Virus record (IMG/VR): IMGVR_UViG_3300024503_000494
Coordinates: 1 to 64,000 of that record
DNA length: 64,000 nt
Direction: 5' to 3' (one strand)
Origin: an uncultured virus (IMG/VR IMGVR_UViG_3300024503_000494)
Lineage: Duplodnaviria > Heunggongvirae > Uroviricota > Caudoviricetes
Shown: positions 49,090-58,075 of the stretch, piece after piece
Position numbering within the stretch: the first letter of the stretch is position 1
Layout of the letters: every line of letters starts with the position of its first letter
Notes under the pieces: model-generated
Told to the model about the DNA's origin: nothing
Databases searched by the model: none
What the model saw: only the letters and a program-made list of their open reading frames with translations
Translations under genes and position numbers: made by a program

Positions 49090-49304
49090 TGTGGGACGAC
49101 GAGGCGTTTAAGCGGAGATGTATTGGCTGGGTTGATAAGTTTGTTATAATCCCTCGCAAGTGTCACTACACAAGTAAATATTTGTGGTTGAAACGTGCTT
49201 ATCTTGGCACAGCAATGATAACAGGTCCGGGTGAACCTGTATTTGAATATAGATGGTGTGATAAAGATCAATATCTATTTCTTAAAATTAAAGGTATCGT
49301 ATGA
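49086..49304 (+). CDS. Hypothetical protein
   Basis: 72 aa, ATGA-coupled. Confidence 0.6.
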   Translation: MMWDDEAFKRRCIGWVDKFVIIPRKCHYTSKYLWLKRAYLGTAMITGPGEPVFEYRWCDKDQYLFLKIKGIV

Positions 49305-49654
49305 AAGCTGGAAAAGTTTGGGGTGTTACAGAATTATTAGAAGCCAACGGTGTATTAGAGTTTCATCGCATTGAAGCCAAAGCAGGCGGAGTCTGTTCTA
49401 AACATAAACACAAATATAAGTGGAACGGATTCTTTGTTGAAAAAGGAAAGATGATTATTCGTGTATGGAAGAATAATTATGATCTAGTAGATGAAACGCT
49501 ATTAGAGGCTGGACAATATACTAAAGTTGCTCCTGGCGAATATCATCAGTTTGAAGCAATTGAAGACTGTGTTGCTTTTGAATTATATTGGGCAGAATTT
49601 GATCACGACGACATTGAAAGAGAAACTGTGGGGTACAATAATGGGATCGCTTAA
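49301..49654 (+). CDS. Cupin protein
   Basis: KVWG, CSKHKH..KWNGFFV..G, PGEYHQF. Confidence 0.8.
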   Translation: MKAGKVWGVTELLEANGVLEFHRIEAKAGGVCSKHKHKYKWNGFFVEKGKMIIRVWKNNYDLVDETLLEAGQYTKVAPGEYHQFEAIEDCVAFELYWAEFDHDDIERETVGYNNGIA

Positions 49655-49937
49655 ACCAGGAGCAGAATATATCTATGAGCGCCAAGGCGGCACAGTTTAT
49701 GCACGTGAGTTTGGTTCAGACCCGTCAACAAGAGTTGCCATAGGTTGGGATTATGAGCAGGAAACTAATCCGGCAAGGGTCAGAGGATTAGATCAAAAAA
49801 CAGGAAAAGCCGAACTCGACGATCATAATGAATGGATTAAGATCAGGTTAGCCGGAAAAAAGAATCCTACTTTACAAGAGGCTATTGATCGTGTTAAAAT
49901 AATATATCATTTGAGTAAAGACGATGGGCAAAAATAA
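49641..49937 (+). CDS. Hypothetical protein
   Basis: MGSLKPGAEYIYER..GTVYARE; start ATG 49641. Confidence 0.65.
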   Translation: MGSLKPGAEYIYERQGGTVYAREFGSDPSTRVAIGWDYEQETNPARVRGLDQKTGKAELDDHNEWIKIRLAGKKNPTLQEAIDRVKIIYHLSKDDGQK

Positions 49938-50403
49938 ACACGTAGACCTTTTTAAAGATATGATTCCTGCTGTGGATATGGGCTTAAAAGAGCTTTGGGA
50001 TGCCGCCACTGAAGAAGGTCGTAAAGAGATCAAAGGCGACCTGTGGAATCTTAATCGCTATATTAGTAATGTAAAAAGTAACAATTCAGAGTTACAAGAA
50101 CATTACCTAATGACAGTGAATGAATTTTACAATAAGAATTGGGCAGACATTAGTAAGCATCCAAAACTGCAATGGCTTACTCTCGCAATGTGCAGCCATG
50201 AAAGTAAGAAAACACAATTCCACGAGTGGTTACCGTTAAAACGTGAAAAGAATAAGAAAGAAGAATTTTTAGCAGAACTATTTCCTAATATGAAGAGAGC
50301 AGACATTGAAACACTTGCAGCCATTACCTCAGACAAAGAAATCAAACAATATTGCGAGTCTCTTGGTTGGGATAAAAAAGAAGTCAATGGAATTAAATTA
50401 TAA
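49924..50403 (+). CDS. Putative clamp-loader small subunit (gp62-like)
   Basis: W.LNRY.S, NE..N, HPKLQW, FHEW pattern; replication context. Confidence 0.45.
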   Translation: MGKNKHVDLFKDMIPAVDMGLKELWDAATEEGRKEIKGDLWNLNRYISNVKSNNSELQEHYLMTVNEFYNKNWADISKHPKLQWLTLAMCSHESKKTQFHEWLPLKREKNKKEEFLAELFPNMKRADIETLAAITSDKEIKQYCESLGWDKKEVNGIKL

Positions 50404-51068
50404 ATGTGAATATTGCGGTAAGTTATTTGCCAAAGAAAAAACTTTGGTAGTTCATATTTGCGAACAAAAACGTCGACATCTTAGCAAAAATGAGAAGCAC
50501 GTTCAGATGGGTCTAATGACCTATCAAAAATTCTACGAGATCGCACAAAAAGGGAAAAGTCAAAAATCATTTGACGAATTTGCATCTAGCCCGTACTACA
50601 CCGCTTTTATCAAGTTTGGTAGTTTTATGGTTAATACTGCACCAATACATCCAGACAAATTTATTGAATTTGTAATCAAGAGCGGCGTGAAACTTGATCA
50701 CTGGTGTAGACGAACTCTACGAAACATATGTAAAAGAATTAATTAAAATAGAACCAGCAGACGGAGCCATACAGCGTACAATACAGACTATGATGGACTG
50801 GGGTGAGAAAAACAATTCGTCTTGGGAACATTATTTTGCCTACGTGAATCTTAATCGTGCAACTCACGATATTAAAGAAGGATTGATTAGTCCTTGGGTA
50901 ATTTTAAATACTAAAGAAGGCAAAACAATGCTTCAAAAAATGAACGACGAACAATTAGAAATCGTTGGACAATATATCGATCCTCAGTTTTGGATGCGTA
51001 GATTTAAGTCATTGCCAGCAGACACAGAACTAGTAAAAGATGTTATTAAAGAGGCAAAAATATTATGA
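50387..51068 (+). pseudogene. Zn-finger protein gene interrupted by a frameshift near 50709
   Basis: MELNYKCEYCGK..H.C...H...KLDHWCR continues as DELYETYV... in another frame; second half lacks a good start. Confidence 0.65.
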
Positions 51069-51253
51069 AAGACAATGAAGAATATATTTCAAGAGATGAT
51101 CTTGATATTGAAGTTATGAGCACCTCTGATGAAGAGCCCTGCGTTTATGTTAAATTTTCAAATTTTGCAGACGCTGAAGATGCAGAAGAATATGCAGATT
51201 TTTTAGCAGAAACATTACCTCTATTGTTATTTGAAACTACTAGGATGCAATAA
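51065..51253 (+). CDS. Small acidic hypothetical protein
   Basis: 62 aa, ATGA-coupled. Confidence 0.6.
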   Translation: MKDNEEYISRDDLDIEVMSTSDEEPCVYVKFSNFADAEDAEEYADFLAETLPLLLFETTRMQ

Positions 51254-51254
51254 T

Positions 51255-51833
51255 ATGCCTGATATCGATATTGACTTTGTTGATAGAGACAATGCCTTAA
51301 AACACTTTAAACACGTTAAGGCAAGTCGTATTGACGACGGAAAATTAGTCAAGCACAATACGGGCGTGTATATGCACGAAGTACCTATGAGTTCCCTCGA
51401 AGCAGTATGTGCGGTACCTTACGACAAAGCAGAAGAACAGGGTTATTTTAAAATTGACTTTTTGAATGTAGGTTTATACAAAGGTGTTCGAGACGAAGAA
51501 CATCTTGTACAATTAATGAACACGGAGCCACTATGGGATCTTCTAGAGCAAGACGATTTCGTCAACTTACTCTTTCACGTAAACGGGCATGGTTCTATAT
51601 TAAGGCAAATGAAGCCGACGAGTGTGGAACAACTGGCGGCCATTCTAGCAATGATACGCCCAGCGAAACGTTATCTGATTGGCAAAGATTGGACTACGGT
51701 GATGACGGAAGTTTGGACGAAACCGGAGAATGACGAATACTATTTTAAAAAATCACACGCTACAGCGTATGCGGTAGCTATTGTGGTTCAGATGAATTTA
51801 ATCTGCGAAGGTATTAGTTACGGATTTAGTTAA
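51255..51833 (+). CDS. dnaE: Miniature DNA polymerase III alpha (C-family) catalytic fragment
   Basis: MPDIDIDF, KHNTGVY, YFKIDFLNV, LAMIRP, YYFKKSHATAYA; 192 aa. Confidence 0.85.
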   Translation: MPDIDIDFVDRDNALKHFKHVKASRIDDGKLVKHNTGVYMHEVPMSSLEAVCAVPYDKAEEQGYFKIDFLNVGLYKGVRDEEHLVQLMNTEPLWDLLEQDDFVNLLFHVNGHGSILRQMKPTSVEQLAAILAMIRPAKRYLIGKDWTTVMTEVWTKPENDEYYFKKSHATAYAVAIVVQMNLICEGISYGFS

Positions 51834-52201
51834 GAACTTTTTCTGACCAAAGTAATAGATTTTCTTTTAATTCTTTTAACAATGATATCATTTAAACTGG
51901 TACAGGGTCCAAGAATTATTTTAACATCTTTTGTACTAAAGTTTTTAATGACATATTTGAATACAGCAATTTCTTTAAGTAAGAAAATGTTAATAGGAAT
52001 CTGCCTATTAGATTCCCACCACCAGGCTTCGCCCAGTTCTAGAAATCGTTGTTTTTCTGTTTCTGTACGTATTGCAGAGTAGTCGTAAAAGCTAGTTACT
52101 TGTGCATCCTGGTTGATAATGATTCCTACGTACTCTTGATTAACGTGGGTTATAACGCTGATGAACGGAAAGTTTTCTTGTAAGTTAGTTGTTATTCTCA
52201 T
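51830..52201 (-). CDS. Hypothetical protein
   Basis: 123 aa; FPF, EYVGII.N, WWWESNR.IPI. Confidence 0.7.
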   Translation of the reverse strand: MRITTNLQENFPFISVITHVNQEYVGIIINQDAQVTSFYDYSAIRTETEKQRFLELGEAWWWESNRQIPINIFLLKEIAVFKYVIKNFSTKDVKIILGPCTSLNDIIVKRIKRKSITLVRKSS

Positions 52202-52229
52202 TCGATAAATATGCTAAAGGTCCGTAAAA

Positions 52230-53309
52230 ATGCAATTTAATCCAGTTTATTTATACACAAATAAGTTAGACGTATTTACAAGTCCCTCGGACGCTTGGTC
52301 ATCAGAGAGGTATCGTAAAGTGTACAATCGCAATTTAAAAATATATCGTGGTGTTGATAATCGCATTGACATCCAAGTTCGTAATCCCGATCAAAAAGCC
52401 AGTAACATAACTGGTTCTACTTTGGTATTTAATCTAATTTCTAAAGTGACAAAAGATTTAGTATTACAGAAAGATTTTGACACAATGGATTTATCTACAG
52501 GAAAAGTAACAGTAATTTTAACTGACAACGAATTGTTAAACGTTGATAACGGATTCTACGAATATAGTATTGTTAAAGAAATTAGAGAAACAGTTGATTC
52601 AACAGATTACCGAGTAACTTCTAAGATGCCATTGTATGTTGACAGTCAATACGGACCAACTGGGGTTTTAGAAATCCTAGGTGATGTTTATGGAACTGTA
52701 GAAAGCAGTAAGATAATCAATACCTTTAATTACGTCAATCCATTTACACAAGGAGATACTACTCCTGCTTGGTTTGAAAGCGAAATTATAGATGCAAGAC
52801 CGAAAATAAAAACAGGAAATGCCCTACACACATTTCAATTTTACTCTACTAACTACGACGGATCAGTAATCATACAAGGAAGTCTAGACGATCAAGGAGC
52901 ATCGCCTAGGCACGATAAATGGGTCAATATCGATTCTGTAGATCTAACTGTTGAAAGCTATAAAAACATAATTGGTAATTGGAGTTGGTTTAGAATTAAA
53001 CATATTCCTTCGAGGTCATCTAACACAGCTCAATTTGTTATTAGCCAAACAATGTTATTGAATTATCAGGCATCTGTTTACAGCCCAGGTCAAGGATACC
53101 AAATTGGAGACACAATTACTATACCAGGAAATCAATTAGGCGGTGAACTAGGTACTAATGATCTAGTTATTACAGTCACAGGCGTAAGTCCCGGTGGTGC
53201 AATTGTATCTATAGATTGGACAGGTCTTTCTTATAACGGCGTCAAAACTTTTGTTCTTTCTGGCACAACTTCCGGCATTGGAAGTCTTGACAAAGTTCTC
53301 TATAGATAA
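52230..53309 (+). CDS. Putative virion/baseplate protein
   Basis: KIYRGVDN N-terminus; carries one GQGY..GD...G..LGG....ND module; TAAATA upstream. Confidence 0.55.
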   Translation: MQFNPVYLYTNKLDVFTSPSDAWSSERYRKVYNRNLKIYRGVDNRIDIQVRNPDQKASNITGSTLVFNLISKVTKDLVLQKDFDTMDLSTGKVTVILTDNELLNVDNGFYEYSIVKEIRETVDSTDYRVTSKMPLYVDSQYGPTGVLEILGDVYGTVESSKIINTFNYVNPFTQGDTTPAWFESEIIDARPKIKTGNALHTFQFYSTNYDGSVIIQGSLDDQGASPRHDKWVNIDSVDLTVESYKNIIGNWSWFRIKHIPSRSSNTAQFVISQTMLLNYQASVYSPGQGYQIGDTITIPGNQLGGELGTNDLVITVTGVSPGGAIVSIDWTGLSYNGVKTFVLSGTTSGIGSLDKVLYR

Positions 53310-53315
53310 TATACT
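53287..53315 (+). promoter_or_regulatory. Sigma70-type promoter
   Basis: TTGACA-N17-TATACT, ATG 6 nt later. Confidence 0.8.
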
Positions 53316-53321
53316 ATATCT

Positions 53322-54371
53322 ATGACACTAGTCGTAGATAAATTTCGAACGTTACTTCCTCCGCGAGCCAAACACTCGCCGTCTGGTTGGACATCGTTTA
53401 ACGCCCCTTGTTGCCAGCATCGTGGCCATAGTCCCGATACTCGCAAACGTGGTGGTATTAGGTTTGACGGAAATAGTGTAGTTTATAATTGCTTTAACTG
53501 CAAGTTTTCTACAGGCTGGCAACCAGGGGCACCCTTTGGTGAAAAAATGAAAACACTGGCGCGATGGATGGGCGCCAGTGAAGACCTTATAAAAGATCTA
53601 GTGTTTGAAGCTCTTAAAACAGAAGGTCCCGATTATCACGAATATCATTCAGAAGATAACACCCCAATAAATTTTACAGATAAAGCATTACCAGAAGGTG
53701 CGATGCCTTTGGCAGAATGGGGGAATTTAATAGAAGGCGAAGTTGAAGAACAGATTGGTGAAGACTATTCAAACGTATTAAGATATCTAATCAGCAGAGG
53801 ATATAACAATCCATTTGAATATGATTTTTATTGGAGCCCGGCTCCTGGATATATTGATAGAGTTATTGTTCCTTTTAGATGGGAAGGAAGAATAGTAGGA
53901 AATACAGCTAGAAAAGTTAGAGACGGAAAACCAAAATATCTTTCAGATCAACATCCACATTTTGTATTCAACTTTGACCGTCAAAAAGAAAATCAGAAGT
54001 ATATATTTGTCTGCGAAGGTCCATTTGATGCATTGGCAATAGACGGTGTTGCTCTTCTTACTAACGATATAGCTGAACAACAATCTAGGATAATTAATAG
54101 TCTAGGTGCTGAAGTTATTGTAATTCCGGATCAAGATCAAGCAGGACTAGTATTATTTGACAGAGCTGCCGAATTAAATTGGTCAGTGGCTATGCCTAAC
54201 TGGGACGACGATGTAAAAGACGTTGCAGATGCTGTAAAATCCTACGGAAAATTATTTGTTATTGTTGATGCAATAAAGACAGCACAAAAAGGATCGATTA
54301 AAATTAATATGGCTAAGAAGCAACAAGAACACAAATTGGAGAGACTCGAATATGCTAAAGAAAATACTTAA
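53322..54371 (+). CDS. DNA primase (T4 gp61/DnaG-like)
   Basis: Zn finger PCC...CFNC; YL..RG, PKY; TOPRIM VCEGPFDA and PDQD. Confidence 0.9.
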   Translation: MTLVVDKFRTLLPPRAKHSPSGWTSFNAPCCQHRGHSPDTRKRGGIRFDGNSVVYNCFNCKFSTGWQPGAPFGEKMKTLARWMGASEDLIKDLVFEALKTEGPDYHEYHSEDNTPINFTDKALPEGAMPLAEWGNLIEGEVEEQIGEDYSNVLRYLISRGYNNPFEYDFYWSPAPGYIDRVIVPFRWEGRIVGNTARKVRDGKPKYLSDQHPHFVFNFDRQKENQKYIFVCEGPFDALAIDGVALLTNDIAEQQSRIINSLGAEVIVIPDQDQAGLVLFDRAAELNWSVAMPNWDDDVKDVADAVKSYGKLFVIVDAIKTAQKGSIKINMAKKQQEHKLERLEYAKENT

Positions 54372-54468
54372 TATCATTTTATATCCCTACAGAAAATATC
54401 AAGAACATCAAAGATTTAAAAAACGGATCGCTGAATTAAGAAAACGGGATCCTTTCATTTACAAATGA
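54352..54468 (+). CDS. 38-aa basic micro-ORF (not in ORF track)
   Basis: MLKKILNIILYPYRKYQEHQRFKKRIAELRKRDPFIYK*; GGAG RBS; ATGA-coupled to next gene. Confidence 0.75.
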   Translation: MLKKILNIILYPYRKYQEHQRFKKRIAELRKRDPFIYK

Positions 54469-55409
54469 TAAGCTGGGGAATAAACGCACTTAATCACGGC
54501 TCTAGTCTTGCCGTGTTTAAAGACGGAAAATTTATTTCAAATACCTTTGATAAGACTGACACGTTAGATACTAAGACTATTACAACTGCTCTACATCACG
54601 GAGCACCTTCGGATATATTTTGGTACGAAAGGCCTTGGATTAAAAAAGCAAGACAGGCCTATGCAGGTCAATGGCATAGAGTCTTTGATTTTCAAGCAAT
54701 ACCTAGTGCCTATATTAGAAGTATACGTGCTAATTATGCAAAGATGCATTATACTCCGCATCACGCAAGTCACGCTGCCGCTGGTTACTATACCAGTCCA
54801 TTTAACCATTGTGCCATTGTTGTGCTTGATGCGATTGGCGAATGGGAATGCGCTACAATATGGGAAGGTAAACACGGCGAAATGAAAAAAGTATGGAGTA
54901 AGACATATCCTAACAGTTTAGGATTATTTTATTCCGCTTTCACTGAGTTAATAGGGCATACTCCTATTCAAGATGAATTTCTTTTACAAAAAGATGCAGA
55001 ACTAGGCGATCCTAACAAATATTATTTTGATGTAAAAGAATATATGGGCAGCGTTATTAATGCGCATCAAAATATGCATCAAGGCATTTGGAATTGGCCG
55101 TATGAAATTACCAATGAAGACAAGGTACACATTGCCGCTGCCGTTCAGGAAGTGTTTGAAGAACAAATTGATATGGTAATGAAAATTGCCAAAGATTTAA
55201 CAGGAGCCGATTGTCTAGTATATATGGGTGGCTGTGCTATGAATAGTCGAGCAAACAAAAAGGTAGTAGAACCAAAATTTAATTACATTTGGTCATTGCC
55301 GCAACCTGGCGATCCTAGTAGCAGTATTGGCGCTGTACTGTATCACACTAAGCAAAGAGTTTGGGATGCAAACCTTGGGGTTGTAAAACATATCGAGATT
55401 CGTGTATAA
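54465..55409 (+). CDS. Carbamoyltransferase N-terminal (Kae1-like) domain only
   Basis: HHASHAAAGYYTSPF, VLDAIGE, YP.SLGLFYSAFT, GGCAMNS, PGD.SSSIGA; no C-terminal domain. Confidence 0.85.
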   Translation: MISWGINALNHGSSLAVFKDGKFISNTFDKTDTLDTKTITTALHHGAPSDIFWYERPWIKKARQAYAGQWHRVFDFQAIPSAYIRSIRANYAKMHYTPHHASHAAAGYYTSPFNHCAIVVLDAIGEWECATIWEGKHGEMKKVWSKTYPNSLGLFYSAFTELIGHTPIQDEFLLQKDAELGDPNKYYFDVKEYMGSVINAHQNMHQGIWNWPYEITNEDKVHIAAAVQEVFEEQIDMVMKIAKDLTGADCLVYMGGCAMNSRANKKVVEPKFNYIWSLPQPGDPSSSIGAVLYHTKQRVWDANLGVVKHIEIRV

Positions 55410-55416
55410 TAGTATT

Positions 55417-56034
55417 ATGTTGAGTACAGAAAAAAAATTTACTAGCGGAAATCAATGGATCATCGATTCGGAATATCCTAACTATAAAAATTTGTATAAA
55501 TTTTTATTGCCTAGTAACGAGCAAGAATATAGTTCCGAGACATCGGCGCATTTTGCAAAACAATATCCATTGTGGAGAGATCCTAATCTTTCTGACGAAT
55601 ACTATTCACATAAAAAATTCAATAACGATAATTCTTCAATACCTTGGCAGCAAGAACTCGACAACATTACAAAATGGACTCAGGCAAAATTAATAGAGCA
55701 TCATATCATTAAACAAATCACGCCTGTAATATCTTGGTGGATGGACTATGAGCCAGGTGGCTGGCAGGCGATGCATACGCATAGTGTAAATTGTATTACA
55801 CAGGTAATTTATATGGATGAGCCCAATATTAATGAAAGTACTGCGGCAAAGGATTATACGCCTGGATCAATGTATGCGTTAATGACAGATGGAAAACCAG
55901 TATATATTCCATTTGTTGGATTTCCTGGTAGAAGTATTTTAATGACAGGAGATGTATTTCACGGAGTATATCCTGTTAAGACCACACCAAGAAGATCAAT
56001 TATTATAGATTACATTTACAACAAAAATGATTAA
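55417..56034 (+). CDS. 2OG-Fe(II) oxygenase
   Basis: WWMDYEPGGWQAMHTH...HGVYP....RRS. Confidence 0.7.
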   Translation: MLSTEKKFTSGNQWIIDSEYPNYKNLYKFLLPSNEQEYSSETSAHFAKQYPLWRDPNLSDEYYSHKKFNNDNSSIPWQQELDNITKWTQAKLIEHHIIKQITPVISWWMDYEPGGWQAMHTHSVNCITQVIYMDEPNINESTAAKDYTPGSMYALMTDGKPVYIPFVGFPGRSILMTGDVFHGVYPVKTTPRRSIIIDYIYNKND

Positions 56035-57466
56035 AGACTACGGATACGAACTACAAAAATTATATCTTGAGCTAATGCTAGCAGACGCAGAAGTGTTTGT
56101 ACGTTGCCAAGGTATTTTTGATCACACACTTTTTGACAGAAAATTACAAGATGCAGCAGAGTTTATTAATCTCTATGCAAAAGAATATTCTGTTATGCCT
56201 GACTACGAAATGGTTAATGCATCGTGTAGATCAGATCTTAAAAAGCCAGAAGATATCAAAGAAGGTCACAACGATTGGCTAATGGACGAGTTTGAAAACT
56301 TTACTCGCCATAAGGCATTAGAACGTGCAATTATTAATTCTGCAGATTTACTTGAAAAGAAAGACTACGGTCAAGTAGAATCTATGATTAAAGAAGCAGT
56401 ACAAATTTCTTTAACTAAAGATCTAGGCACTGATTATTTTGAAGATCCTAGACAGCGATTAATGCGTATCAAAGACAAGAATGGTCAAATTAGCACAGGC
56501 TGGCCTACTCTTGATCGTAGACTATTTGGAGGAATGAATCGTGGAGAACTTAACATTTTTGCTGGTGGATCAGGTGCAGGTAAATCCCTCTTTCTTGCTA
56601 ACCTTGGCGTGAATTGGTGTCTACAAGGACTTAATGTTTTATATCTAACATTAGAACTTTCAGAAGACCTAGTAGCTATGCGTATTGATGCAATGACTAC
56701 TGGTATTTCAACAAAAGAGATTTTTAAAGATCTAGAAAACGTTGAAATGAAAGTTCGTGTTATTGGTAAGAAGGCTGGTAAACTACAAATCAAATATATG
56801 CCTAGTGGCAAGACTGCCAATGACCTTAGAGCATATATGAAAGAGTTTGAAATCAAAACAGGTGCTAAGATTGATGTATTACTAGTAGATTACTTAGACT
56901 TGTTAATGCCAGCAAGTCGTAAGATTTCAGCAGAAAACTTGTTTATTAAAGACAAGTATGTTTCTGAAGAATTACGCAACCTAGCAATGGAAAAACAATG
57001 TATTCTAGTTACTGCGGCACAGTTGAACCGTGGTGCTGTTGAAGAAGTTGAATTTGACCACAGTCATATTTCAGGCGGTCTTTCTAAGATTCAAACAGCA
57101 GATAACGTGTTTGGTATCTTTACGTCACGTGCTATGCGTGAGCGTGGACGTTATCAAATACAATTAATGAAAACTCGTTCTAGTTCAGGTGTAGGACAAA
57201 AGGTAGATCTAGAGTTTAATCTAGAAACGCTTAAGATTAGCGATTTGCCCGAAGATGAACAAGAGTCGCATAACGGAGCAAATAGAGGCACAAGCAGTAT
57301 CATTGACAGCATTAAACGTAAAACAGAAATTAATAAAGTAGATCCAGAAACAGGCGAAATAGATCCAACCCAAGGCGCTAGCATAGGCAAAGTTCGAGCA
57401 AATGTAGGTTCGTCAAAACTACGTGAAATCTTGAACAGTATGGGTGGTGATGATGAAGACATCTAA
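56027..57466 (+). CDS. Replicative helicase (T4 gp41/DnaB-like)
   Basis: GGSGAGKS, TLELSE, VDYLDL, TAAQLNR, KIQTAD, MKTR. Confidence 0.93.
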   Translation: MIKDYGYELQKLYLELMLADAEVFVRCQGIFDHTLFDRKLQDAAEFINLYAKEYSVMPDYEMVNASCRSDLKKPEDIKEGHNDWLMDEFENFTRHKALERAIINSADLLEKKDYGQVESMIKEAVQISLTKDLGTDYFEDPRQRLMRIKDKNGQISTGWPTLDRRLFGGMNRGELNIFAGGSGAGKSLFLANLGVNWCLQGLNVLYLTLELSEDLVAMRIDAMTTGISTKEIFKDLENVEMKVRVIGKKAGKLQIKYMPSGKTANDLRAYMKEFEIKTGAKIDVLLVDYLDLLMPASRKISAENLFIKDKYVSEELRNLAMEKQCILVTAAQLNRGAVEEVEFDHSHISGGLSKIQTADNVFGIFTSRAMRERGRYQIQLMKTRSSSGVGQKVDLEFNLETLKISDLPEDEQESHNGANRGTSSIIDSIKRKTEINKVDPETGEIDPTQGASIGKVRANVGSSKLREILNSMGGDDEDI

Positions 57467-57689
57467 GGTAGAGCTGTTAAAGTGGTTACCACACGAGGGC
57501 GAATATATTGAAATCGATTGGCCTAAAGTACACCGTACGATTGGTGTAGATCATACTAAATGGTTGTTAAATCAAAATCATACTAATTGTCAGGTTGTGC
57601 TTGAAAGAAACGATATGTATTGTCGTTTAATAGCAGAATTCTACGATGAACGCACCTTAGCTACTTACTATCTAATGTGGGCTAAATAA
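57450..57689 (+). CDS. Hypothetical protein
   Basis: 79 aa, overlaps helicase stop. Confidence 0.55.
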   Translation: MMKTSKVELLKWLPHEGEYIEIDWPKVHRTIGVDHTKWLLNQNHTNCQVVLERNDMYCRLIAEFYDERTLATYYLMWAK

Positions 57690-57693
57690 TGAT

Positions 57694-58074
57694 ATGCGAG
57701 CCAAAGAATTTATTAACGAAGCTAGAGAAGGCAGTATCCAAGACGATGTTGCTGATGCACTACCATCAACCTTTTCTATTCCATCATTACAGAACCAAGA
57801 TCCGTACAAACAATACAGATTTGGTATGGCCCTAGCTAGAGCAGGTGGAAGTAAGCCTGCAGATCGAGACCAGTTTTCCCCTAACACTCCTTGGGGCGAA
57901 AACGCTATTGTTGTAGCATATGACAACGAAAGCGAAAAAATGGTCAAGCAGGCAGCAAAAGAAGTTCACGCAGGTGCCGTTAAACTAATTAGCACTCCAA
58001 AATCAACCGAAGCTAAAGATGTTAATATAACAAGTTCTGTAGCAAAGCCAAAACGTAACAAATACGGAGTTTAA
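57694..58074 (+). CDS. Hypothetical, candidate internal head protein
   Basis: MRAKEFINEA N-terminus; TAAATA-N5-ATG. Confidence 0.6.
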   Translation: MRAKEFINEAREGSIQDDVADALPSTFSIPSLQNQDPYKQYRFGMALARAGGSKPADRDQFSPNTPWGENAIVVAYDNESEKMVKQAAKEVHAGAVKLISTPKSTEAKDVNITSSVAKPKRNKYGV

Positions 58075-58075
58075 T

